A DNA stretch of 63,349 bases, the filler included, from Reticulomyxa filosa (Eukaryota > Protista > Foraminifera): assembly GCA_000512085.1 (NCBI GenBank). It is 21 parts of 21 records of this genome, joined end to end, with 100 filler letters (N's around TTAATTAATTAA, not from the genome) between each part and the next. Parts side by side here need not be neighbours in the genome. Positions count along the whole stretch, not along the records: positions 52,394 to 54,686 come from ASPP01021808.1; positions 54,787 to 60,431 come from ASPP01036109.1; positions 60,532 to 61,793 come from ASPP01033768.1; positions 61,894 to 63,349 come from ASPP01004978.1; 17 more parts are not named here. One strand, written 5' to 3'. Below, one piece after another: positions 52,469 to 63,349 of this stretch. Numbering within the stretch: position 1 is the first letter of the stretch; the number at the start of each line of letters is the position of its first letter. The translations under genes and the position numbers were made by a program. The notes beneath the pieces are model-generated. The model worked only from the letters and a program-made list of their open reading frames with translations. It searched no databases and was not told where the DNA came from.

Positions 52469-53240
52469 ATGAACTAATCCAATTAGGGAGTAATTTATTA
52501 AATAAATCAAAATTGGATGAAGCAATTGAGTTATTTCGTTTTGTGCTTTGTGTTAGATTGCAAACATTACCTGATTCTCATGTCGATGTCGCTCAAGCCT
52601 ATTTCTGGTTAGGCAGAACGTATGATTGCAAAGGACAATATAACAAATCAATTGAATATTATCAAAAATCATTGAATATCAGCTTGATCAAATTTAAGCC
52701 TAATCACACTAATATTGCTACTTTATACAACCATTTGGGAAGTGTTTATGACAGGAAAGCAGAATATGACAAAGCGATTGCGTATTGTCATAAACTATTA
52801 ACAATTCGCTCAGCTACTGATCATCCTGATATTGCTGCTTCACACAACAATTTAGGATCTGTTTATTTCAAGAAAGGAGATTATGATAAAGCATATAAAC
52901 ACTATTTCACAGTGTTACAAATTAGAAAAAAAAATTGGAACCTGATTGTCTTGATGTTGCTAGTTCATACATTGACTTGGCAAAGGTTTGCTACCACAAA
53001 CAAGAATATAACCAAGCGATACAATTTGGAGAGAAATCATTAAAGTTGAGAGAGAAGAAACTGGGTTTTAATCATCGAGATGTTGGTTATTCGTACAATA
53101 TTTTGGGATATATCAATTATAGAAAAGGGGACAAAAAGAATGCAAAGTTGAACTTTGAAAACGCACTGTCAATTTATACTCGATTGGGTATAGATCACCA
53201 AGATACAAAAAATATCTTATTAAAATTGAAAAATGTATAG
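52469..53240 (+). CDS. TPR-repeat protein (kinesin-light-chain-like 42-aa TPRs), 3' part; frameshift in poly-A at ~52926-52934
   Basis: HPDIAASHNNLGSVYFKKGDYDKA-type repeats in two overlapping ORFs. Confidence 0.9.
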
Positions 53241-53608
53241 GCATGCTTGATTTGTGATATACATATGAAAAAAAAAAGAAATCAAAGCGAACTTAAATTT
53301 GAAATATATTGTACAATTTGTTTTGGTATTCATATTGTTTTTGCTGTTGGATGATTAAGTACGAAAGAAAATATGAACATTTTCAGCAAATATTACTCCT
53401 TTAAACTTTGGAATAGATAGTCCGTTGATAAGATGCAAATCAACTACAGTAGAAAAAAAAAGTTGAGATCAGATGGTACAGTATTTAATGAATTTTTTTT
53501 TTTGGATTTAAAAATTACATAATTTATAAATATTTTCAAAAATTATATTTGGTGTAATCCTTTTTTATTTTAAGATAATTATTTGTTTTGTTAATTTTTT
53601 TAATGTGC

Positions 53609-53803
53609 TGTGACAGGCTATTGTTGTGAAAAGGTTGCACTAAGCGTAATACGCAGAAATAGGTATATTAAATCAAAGAAGAATAAACAGTTAATCAAAA
53701 CAACCAAAACAAGAAAAACAGGAGAAAGTAAGAATCGGTTGTGGGAGAAAAAAGGGGAAATCAGGGTTCACTTAATCTTGCCAACAACGAGCAGCACCCT
53801 ACA
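53609..53803 (-). mobile_element. Solo LTR (diverged member of the same family) with perfect GTGC TSD
   Basis: GTGC|TGTG...CCCTACA|GTGC; GCACTAAGCGTAATACG matches the reverse complement of CGTATTACATTTAGTGC in the 13551 LTR. Confidence 0.8.
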
Positions 53804-54801
53804 GTGCTCTTATTATGTTTAGCTGCTTTTTACGCTTTTTATATCGTTTCTTGCTTTTAAAGGAGAGACAGTCTTTGCTGTAATAAGCAGAAACCAAACA
53901 ACATCTTTTCTTCGTCGCCAACTACAAATATTAGCAATTTCAAAATTTTATTTTGAGTACATAAGTCGTGGGAAATCAAAGTATATGTGAATAAGCTTTT
54001 TGAAAGGTGTAACAAAAATTTCAGTGAGAAAAAAAAGGTCAATTTTAGTTATTAAAAATTTACACGTTCCACTGCCCATTTTTTTTTCTCGGAGATGTTT
54101 AGAAAACTTTCTTTTAGTCTCGAAAAACATATATTTTTTCTTTCAATCAAAGTTAGTGACTTTTGAAAATTAGGTTATTTTTAAATGACATAAGATCATC
54201 ACAAACATTGTTTGGTACTATTTTTGTGTTTGGATTACATTTCATCTTAAATCATATTTGATGAAAAGAAAGGAAAAAACGTTTGTTTTTTTTCCGCAAA
54301 CAGACGAAATTTTGTCTATCGCTTAATCTCAATTACAGTCCATTAGGAACCGAAAAGAATGAACCTTTCAAAAAAAAAGTTGTTGAAGAAGAAAAAGAGA
54401 GAGAAGAGAAGGAAGGAGTGGGGAGGGAAAAAATTATACAAACAACAATTGTAAACCATTGTAAGCCGAGACTGTTAAGAAGGTGATAAGACTCAGGCAA
54501 GCAAAGTCCACAGGCGATGCACACACCACATCGACCTTACACACAACGCATCAATCGCCTTCCCTTGTTTTTTTCTCTCCCCTTTCATAAAAACACAGCA
54601 TTTTTTATCTTCCAAAAAAAAAAACCCCTTTGTAAAACCCGGATACCTTTTCTTAAAAATCCGTTTTAAATTAAAACCACTGTCCCNNNNNNNNNNNNNN
54701 NNNNNNNNNNNNNNNNNNNNNNNNNNNNNNTTAATTAATTAANNNNNNNNNNNNNNNNNNNNNNNNNNNNNNNNNNNNNNNNNNNNTTTTTTAAAAAAAA
54801 A

Positions 54802-54829
<28 letters not shown>

Positions 54830-54832
<3 letters not shown>

Positions 54833-55449
54833 TGAAACTATACAAAACGTCTTTTAAACCATTCCATGCTCCAATAGTAAATGTATCTGTAAATTGCGAA
54901 CAAACGCCGAAAAAGTATCCTCCATTCATGTATTCGTGGAAACTTATATCCCATACGCTTATCTCGTTTTGTGGCACCGCGTCATGCGCACGGACACTTG
55001 TGTGCTTCTCGCAACAGGCTATATCTAGTCCATTATTTGATAACTTTGCAGAGCCTTTGAAGCGGTCTGACCAACGCGTTTCGTAAACTGTTTATTACCA
55101 ACTCACAACACAATCGTTTGTAACACCCTGTCGATTAAAAAATTACTCTCTTTTTATTTGCAATATTTTTTGTTTGCTTGTTTATTTGTTATATACACAA
55201 GTGCTTGTTTTGTCATGCATTTTAGGTGCCTCTCTCCTCTTTTCTTCTTTCATTGTGTTGATAGTGCTGGAAACAACATATTGCTTTTTTTATCACACAA
55301 CTGACGACAAACGAAGCCAGTAATTTTATCAAATCATTTGGGAAACTATGATAAGTATCGGCTCTTGTCCAGTTTAAGATTACCAAAGACACTCTCTCTC
55401 TCAACGAAGAATCTTTTTTTTTATTATCCAAGTCAAACTCTTCGGGCAT
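54830..55449 (-). CDS. SPRY/B30.2-like protein with N-terminal F-box-like motif, partial
   Basis: Exon VSLVILNWTR..FPNDLIKLLASFV; next exon (~55088-54835) WSDRFKGSAKLSNNG..SVRAHDAVP..VWDISF..FFGVC. Confidence 0.5.
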
Positions 55450-55848
55450 ATATTACTCACGTTCGTTGCTATAATACTCCAAAAATATATTTAATGAAAT
55501 CCAAATCTTTGATATGTCGATTTCCCCTTGTGCTTGTTCCCCTCTGAAATCAACCAAAAAAATTGAGCCGGTTCCAAAACATCTCCGTTTCACTGTGTTT
55601 GTGTTATATGAGGTAAGAATAACCCTCAATATATTTGACTTTTTTATAAACCATTTAATATTTAGAAAATAATGCAAAATTCATCTTTGCAAAAAAAAAA
55701 AAAACCAATTTCAGCGTAATATAATAAAGTTTGTAAAGCAGGTATGATGAAAATGCAATTTTTTTCGTGAACTTGGACACTAGCAGCAACAAAAGCAATT
55801 TGAGTGATATACTAAAAAAAAAAGATTTTTTGCAGCGCAGTTTGTTGA

Positions 55849-56715
55849 TCACTTTTTAAGTGTAATTTGGGATTGCACTGGAACGAAAGAATTCCAAAAC
55901 TTTTCATCCGTCGGTAACATCATCAACTGTAATCCTTGGCCAGCAATTCCAATCAATACCCCATGATTGGGAATATATTGTGCCGACAAAGAAGTTATCA
56001 GCCCAATTTCGACACAAGATTGTTCAAGGAGTTCTATTCCATCATTCCTTAATGATTATATGTAATATGTGATTGTGATTAGTTTTATTAAACAAACAGA
56101 TAAAACAAAATAAAATAAAGAACATCGAAGCAACAAAAGAGTAGTCTTTTTTTTTATTGTTTTAACTCATTTGTTGGAGCAGTTTCTGTTACGTGGTAGC
56201 TCCAAATTCGCACTCGCTGGTCTTCTCCGGTGGTAATAACGAGCACTTTCTCCATCAATGGACTGATCAAAGAAAGAGAAGTTTTACTATCGAATTGGTT
56301 TTCTCCAGTAGTAGACTCTGAACTTTTGGCATCATTGTCCCTCGTGAATACTCGATGAGATGTTGGACGATATAACAGCGCAATAGGCAAGACACAAACG
56401 GCACGGACACTACTTAAATGAGCGGAAGCAATCGTCAATCTTTTGACAACACTGATCCTCCAACAGAGATGATTAGTGATCAGTCCCACAGTACTATTAA
56501 ATTCGTCATTGGCACTAGATTTTATCGAGTTCCGGTTGGATTCGGATTTAATTTTTGGAGCCACTTCCAACTCCAAGTCTGCAATTAGCAGTCCGACAGA
56601 TTGATCATCACCGCCCGATGTTACAACAAAGCGGCGTTTTAATGGCAATTTTCCTTTTACATTATTTATTTATTTTTAGTCACTCTCAAAAAAAATTATA
56701 TATACGCACATATAA

Positions 56716-56751
<36 letters not shown>

Positions 56752-59700
56752 ACCTTACCGGAAACATTGGAAGTGGTTTGTGATGGACAAGACAACAAAG
56801 GGATAAATGTCGGATTTAACCATGCAAATGAAATAGAATTGACCCCAGATTGATGCAATTTGAACTTGTTTACGAGTTGGGTTGACCGTGATCGCATGTT
56901 CCAAATCCAAGCGTAAATGCAGCCATTAGTAGTTCCACTGAACATCAGATCAGGAGGAACATCCTCATTGTTTTCGTGACATGAATGACTTGGGCTGTTT
57001 TATCAAATCATCATTAATAATTTAAGACACTATAAAAAAAAAAAAAAAAAAGAATGAATAAACAAACTTTGAAGTGTGGAGATTGTCATTTGTTTCATCA
57101 CATCTGATTTCGGTTTTATCGTCAAAGTGATGATATTCATCCTTTGTCTGTTTCATTTGCGTGGCATTTTGTTGAGAGGGATGGCATTGGTGATAGCTAG
57201 AAAACGTCGAAGTCAATGATAACACTGGCACAAAATGATTTGACTCTTTGTGCAAGGAAGGGTCTTCTCCTTCCAATTCCAATTGTTTTGCATTTTTTTC
57301 ATCCAATGAATGCACACGAATTGTCCCAATCGAGTTACCGGTTATAATCAGCCATTTGCCTTTCGTCCCTGTAATTTTTTTTTTTTTTTTTTTTGGATCG
57401 ATTTTGGATCTGATCGTCTCTAAAACAACTCAACTTGGATAAGGAATGACTGTAATGCTTTTAGTCCTCAAATCCATGGTATCTGCCTCTTTATTCGTGA
57501 GTGACTCCTCTTTTTCACAATTGGACAACGGCTTTTTCTTAATCACTTTGTCCCCTCCGATGAAACATAGAGCCCTCCAACTTATGCTCTCACCACCCTT
57601 TTCATCTGATGGAGTCATTTCAAAGACCTGCAAGTATTCCTTTGCGCCGGCTGCAAATAGTAAATATCCTTTGCCTTTAGTCCATACACACATATACGTG
57701 TATGTAAGATAGTAAATATAGACAGAGAGTAGTTATAAAAGAACAAAGACTCAAACCATAATGTTTTTGAACAATGTCAAAGCATTTGAAAGGATAGCGG
57801 CTTCCATTGTCTTGCCGAAGAGTCTCCCCATAGACCAAACGGGCATTGGTGGCATCCACAGATACATCTTGTTGGTGCTGAATTGATAGGTAACGAATGG
57901 TTCCATCTTCACCACAACTGATCATTTTCATTTGTTCCAAAATGCTTGTACTTTTGTTGGGTTCACAATCCAAGTTGCCACTCGAATGCAGACAATGTGG
58001 AGTCAGCATCCAGCGCACTTGATGGATGTCCGTGGTGTGAAAAGACCGAATCAGAGTTCCAATCTTGTTTTTTGTTTATTTATTTGAAATGCAGCAATAT
58101 GAAAAACAAAGTAAATAGAAGAACAAAACTGCAAGATTCGGTGGCAACGTGAATTGATAAATCCCAATTGCATTGTCAACATTTACTTTCGTGTACGCAA
58201 ACAACCAGCCACGACAACCCAGCAATCCTTGCGTGAACTCCTTCTCTTCCACAGCAGAGTCCTGAGCAAATTGGAACGCATACGACTGTTTTCCCCCTCC
58301 ACAATTCCAACGGAATATTACATAGTCTTGGCACATGTTCCACACCACAAAATAGTTTGAGTGAAATCCGGTTACGATTACCTTTGAATAGATGTATTAC
58401 ATTGGATACTGCATATACATATACATATATATAAATATATATATACATATACATATATACATATATGTATATAAGCCAACCTGCTGATCATGACTAATGA
58501 TAACACTGACAATTTGGGTAATGGTGGTGATAACAGTACTTCGAATTGATTGAAGGAGGACGTTTGATGTGGGTGATGTTGACACTTGTGTGCAGTCATA
58601 ATCGTGACCTTGGAGATGAAACGTGTTATCCAAAGCAATCGCGTTCTTCTTGTTGTCAATATCATCGTGAGACCACATCTCCAGATTTGCGCAACTCACT
58701 CGATATTCCACAATTTTACCGTCTTTGCCAGCAGACAATATCTTATGTCCCCTTTCATCATTTTTCGCAAACTTTGGAGTCGCACTTTGTGTATGCAGCC
58801 ATGGCTGTTTCATTATGTGGATGCAACTCACTGGTTCATGGCCGTGAATGCCTTTTAACACCTGTCATTGTCACCAAACCAAACAAACAAACAAACAAAC
58901 AAACAAAAAATAACAATCAATATATCGCAAAAAAAAAAAAAAAAAAAAAAAGCGACACTCAACCCAACCAACAAATCACACTTGAATGGGTTTGTTTATG
59001 GTCTGACTTGCGAATGTGTTAATGGAATAAACGCAAATGGAGCCTCGAGCGTCTCCTAGCAGCAACAAATGCATCGGCTCTGTGATGTAACAGTGACTGG
59101 TGATTTGTTTCTTTTGTGGGTTTACAAACACTTGACATGGCGACGGTGTGTCGGTTGCATCTCGTAGTTCGTGTCCCGAGCCTTCTTTTTTCGACACTTG
59201 GTGTGTTCGCGATGAATCACATTCCTCCTCCTTTTTTCCCGTTGTTGCAGGTGAAGCTTGACAAGACAAGTTGTTTTGATCAAAACACCATAAGTGAGTG
59301 TTGCCATTTGCATCCGAAGAAAATACCAACAAAGTGTCATCTGTGTGTCCATCCACCCCACACGCATATTTTATAGATAACATATTATATATATATATAT
59401 GTATATATATATATAATATGTTATCTATAAAATATGCGTGTGGGGTGTTTCATTACCAACCCTGTGCAAAACAAGTGAACAAGGAGACAACAGCGACATG
59501 GTGTGCTCGAAAGTAAGAAACAAGTAGACAGTGGTGGAGATCAACGATGGCAACATAGCCCAGTTTAGAGGCAATGATCAGCCATCGTTGAAGAGCGGGA
59601 TGTGCACAAGACGTCATACAAGTGACGGTCTGCAAAGGGACGGGGAATGCCAACAGTTTGTGCCAATGTGGACTTTGCTGCTTATTCAAATTGGACACTC

Positions 59701-60373
59701 GAAAGAGGCCATTATTCATGGCCAAGTACAACTGTTGTTTGGAGTCGATCCACATGGATCGAATCGCAACCAATACCTGCGAGTTGGGACGACTGCTGTG
59801 TCTGGACGCTGCTTTTGACGGACGTCTTTGCTTGGCAAAGGCGAGCAGCTGTTCTGGCAGAACGAGATGATGGAATGCGCTATGGAAATCAACGTCGATG
59901 TTCTCATCGGATATTTTCATTGGCTCTTTCTTTTCGCAAAGAAGAGAAGAGTCATCTTTTGTTTCACGCGTATCTATGCAAGCATCGGAAAACAGATGCA
60001 GACGTATCGACGAATCGGCTCCTCCAAATGCACAATGATACAGTCCTTTCGTATTATCATTAGTGCTGTCATCAGCATTCCCATTGCCATGCGCTACAGT
60101 GGAGTGAAATGCGATGTCAATCGACCAAACCGATCCGACACCGAGATCAAAGCGATCCAGCAAACGTCCGTCTCCACTCCAAATACGACAGGTCGAATCC
60201 TCACTCGTCGACGCCACAAAGGCGCCGTTTTCAGATACCCATGTACGTAACACTCGGCCTTGATGTCCATACGATGTAAATACATTACGTATTGCTGTAC
60301 GTATACATTTGCAATGTGCGATATGTGATATGTGATATGTGATACGTGGAGTATTGGAAGGAATGGAATCCAA
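55849..60373 (-). CDS. WDR6: WDR6/Trm734 (Rtt10)-like WD40 protein, multi-exon, 5' truncated
   Basis: YGHQGRV..STSEDSTCRIW, GGADSSIRL, WNCGGG, SCGEDGTIR, HQSGVNS, SGGDDQSV, SAHLSSV, TGEDQRVRIW, GIAGQGLQ in the expected order. Confidence 0.8.
59354..59447. repeat. 94-bp near-perfect palindrome inside a 120-nt intron (59341-59460)
   Basis: CACCCCACACGCATATTTTATAGATAACATATT-(AT)n-AATATGTTATCTATAAAATATGCGTGTGGGGTG. Confidence 0.95.
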
Positions 60374-61464
60374 AAAAAAAAAAAAATATATATATATATA
60401 ACAAATGAATATATATATATATATATATATANNNNNNNNNNNNNNNNNNNNNNNNNNNNNNNNNNNNNNNNNNNNTTAATTAATTAANNNNNNNNNNNNN
60501 NNNNNNNNNNNNNNNNNNNNNNNNNNNNNNNTTTTTAATACTAGCAAGAATCTTTAACTGTCCTAAGAATTTTCATAAAATGAAAAAAAATATTAACGAT
60601 TTTTGTATGATTTACTACATTTTTATTAAAAATCAAAGATACTTTTAGATTCTCCACGACGTCGAGATATCATTTTTTAAAAAAATTTTAAAAAAACGTT
60701 AATTTTTCATCAAAAAAATTGTAAATATTTATAATGGTGTATTTTAGGGGGGTTTTTTTTTGCGGTCGATTGTAGCTATAAACAATTTCGATCTGATAAG
60801 CAATTGTTGATTCCTGATACAAAAAGAGGAAATTTCAGATAGGAGTTATATTATCTTTATTTAATGACTGACGTTCATGATTTTGAGCCGAATTTAATTA
60901 TTTGTAATTCTGTTATCTGTATGTGAAAAGGCACCTGATATCCAAAGTGCTGAATTGATGTTACACAGTCTTAATCAATTCAATCTTAAACTTTTCTGTT
61001 TGTTGTAGATAATTTAATATTTCCAGTTAAAATATTATTTATGCCAATTAGGTCAGGATTTTAAAAGCAAACAAAGTGTATGGATAAGGTTGATTTGTAC
61101 GACAACCAAATTTCAAAATAAACTTGAAAGAGAAAATAAAGATATTTAAAAAATATTATTCCAAGAATTTGTTTACATCCACTTCTTACGGTTGAACTTA
61201 ATATCTTTTCAACACACACAACGCATTTTATGTTATGCTGTTTGAAGGAAAAAATTGAAAAGAGATCAAAAAAAGAAACGTATTAAAGATGAATTATTAT
61301 TCTTGTTAACTCGGTTCAAATTACGCTCCAATGAGCTTGTTTTGAAGAAAAATATTTTACAAATCTTAGATTGAATGAGTTGAAATGGAAATTAAAACAA
61401 ACTTTTTTCAACGTCTTTTTACTTCAAAAAAAGTGATAAATCAAAGAATTTCATTCATATATGT

Positions 61465-61793
61465 TCATCCCCAAACATTAATTGAGCCATCGCCTAGACC
61501 ATAACATAAGTTAATACAAATATTACCATTTGATTTTTGTTTATTGTTATTCATCTTTTTTAATTCTATAAATTTAAGACATAAAACTCCATCATTTACT
61601 TTCATTACATGCAATTCGCTCTTATTTGATCGAATATCCCAAAAACGAATTGTATTATCCCTTGATCCAGAGCATATTACATTTGAATTACCAATATTAC
61701 CCTTTATTACAAATGGTGAATATTCAACAGCATACACAACATCTGTATGTCCATTGAACACTTGAATTTGTTGACCAGATCGAATATCCCACA
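61465..61793 (-). CDS. WD40-repeat protein, C-terminal fragment
   Basis: WDIRSGQQIQVFNGH..EYSPF..ICSGSRDNTIRFWDIRSNK..INVWG. Confidence 0.9.
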
Positions 61794-63312
61794 NNNNNNN
61801 NNNNNNNNNNNNNNNNNNNNNNNNNNNNNNNNNNNNNTTAATTAATTAANNNNNNNNNNNNNNNNNNNNNNNNNNNNNNNNNNNNNNNNNNNNCCTTTCC
61901 TGGAAGGTCTTGTTCAAGTATTTGTCTTTCTTTTTTTCGTTTCTCCAATGTTTTTATTCTAAATTGTGATTCTTTGTCAAGCATTTTTTTTCTCAACGAT
62001 GATTGATCTTTATTTTTTTTTTTTTTTTTTGCATAACAAAGAGTGTTGCTTGACAGATTTTGTATGTGTAAAAGTGTTTGTTTCGATCTTGTTTGTACTC
62101 AGTTGGGGGGGTTGTACATCCTTTTATCTATTTATCTCTTAAGTTTGGTTTCTAGTATTTAAATGAATACTGTAGCCTGCAAATTCCACAATTATTTTTT
62201 TCTATTTACTAGCTCTTCAACAATTCTTAATACTGACAATATTCCAAATTCTTCAATAAGTCACTTCAATTGTTAAACTCTTTCGTCAAATTCTCAGATT
62301 TATTTAATATGGCAACTCATTACTTATACAAGTTCTTGCACTAACTTTGGAAACACATGTCGATGATCATATAAATATGTTTTTCAAATAATTAATTCAA
62401 ATACCAATTCTAGTACTATCATATTAACATTCTTTTTACAAATTTTCCACTATTATCATATGATAACATTTTAGCAAGAAGCGTTCCACATATTCTGTTT
62501 CGTGTTTGTATTAGTTGCAAAAAGGAGACGTTCTTTTATTTAGCGTAAGCATTCGTTTAGTCATGCCTTGATTTAATTGATTTGCTAATTATCATATATT
62601 CGTGTATCTGAAGTCGCTGTAACAATAGAATTATTTTTCTCAATTCTCAATTAAAAAGATGATGTAAAGTTTTAAAATAATTTAACTTTAAAAAAATCTT
62701 TAAATATTTTTAACATAATCATTGCAACTACAACAAAAAAATATAATTTTTTAAAGATTGATAAATACATTGCACAACTACAAAACATAAATAAATTTAT
62801 AAAAAGTTGTCAAAACGAACAAAATCATAACATCAAATTTGACACTTACTTTTTTCTTTAAATCTAATATAGATTAATTCATTACATTATTTTGCAAAAA
62901 AAATCTTACATCCCAAAAAAAGGGCTTTTTTAGTATTTGATTTGTATATCTTTATTGAAAAGAGCTAAAGTAAAAATAATTTTGTAGATACATAGAACAA
63001 ATCACATCTTGTCTTTACTCTATGTTGCAATATCTTACATCTTGCATTTATTTGAAAGGTTATACATTCAATTTTTTTATCTTGCCTTTACAATAGCTTG
63101 TTTTTTTTTAACAAAATTTTTTTTATTATATATCTATCAAATTGTAAAGAAAAAAAATTAATTTAACAAACGTTTACACTTGTGTTTAAAAGAAGCTTTT
63201 ATGTGCTGGAACCACCATTGACCTTTATTAAAGCATGAATGCGCTTATTAATTGAAGCAATAAGCATATCACACAAATAACCTTCAATCGAGTACAATTG
63301 CTTGATAAACTA

Positions 63313-63349
63313 CAGTATGTTGCAAAGAAAACTGAACGCCTAAAACGAT
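63313..63349 (+). mobile_element. Tc1/mariner-type terminus (TIR)
   Basis: TA|CAGTATGTTGCAAAGAAAACTGAACGCCTAAAACGAT at the window end. Confidence 0.75.

Noticed and set aside
2357-61893. Regularly recurring TTAATTAATTAA as a biological repeat or array
   Set aside because: Always embedded in 44+44 N; it is a concatenation linker. Gene neighbourhoods across it are meaningless.

Overview
AT-rich, intron-containing eukaryotic DNA. It is not one locus: 21 unrelated contigs are joined by 20 artificial 100-bp spacers (44 N + TTAATTAATTAA + 44 N). The expanded WD40 family (recurrent ICSGSxDNTIRFWDIRSNK motif), TPR genes, many pseudogenes and homopolymer/(AT)n-rich introns suggest a foraminiferan such as Reticulomyxa (inference, no search run). 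The main gene is a >9-kb multi-exon RNF213/mysterin-like AAA+ gene. Its C-terminal RZ-type zinc finger keeps the four Zn ligands but has Tyr where the catalytic Cys lies in RNF213. Other genes: a divergent eEF2 paralogue, WDR6/Trm734-like, HIT hydrolase, HSL-family hydrolase, SLC26, MFS, EHD, EF-hand, TPR, SPRY, PT-repeat, an FABP-like first exon and four WD40 copies. Mobile DNA: an internally deleted Ty3/gypsy element plus four solo LTRs of the same family (4-bp TSDs), three Tc1/mariner-type termini, a foldback/MITE, a two-copy hairpin repeat with different inner stems, and (AT)n-centred intronic palindromes.
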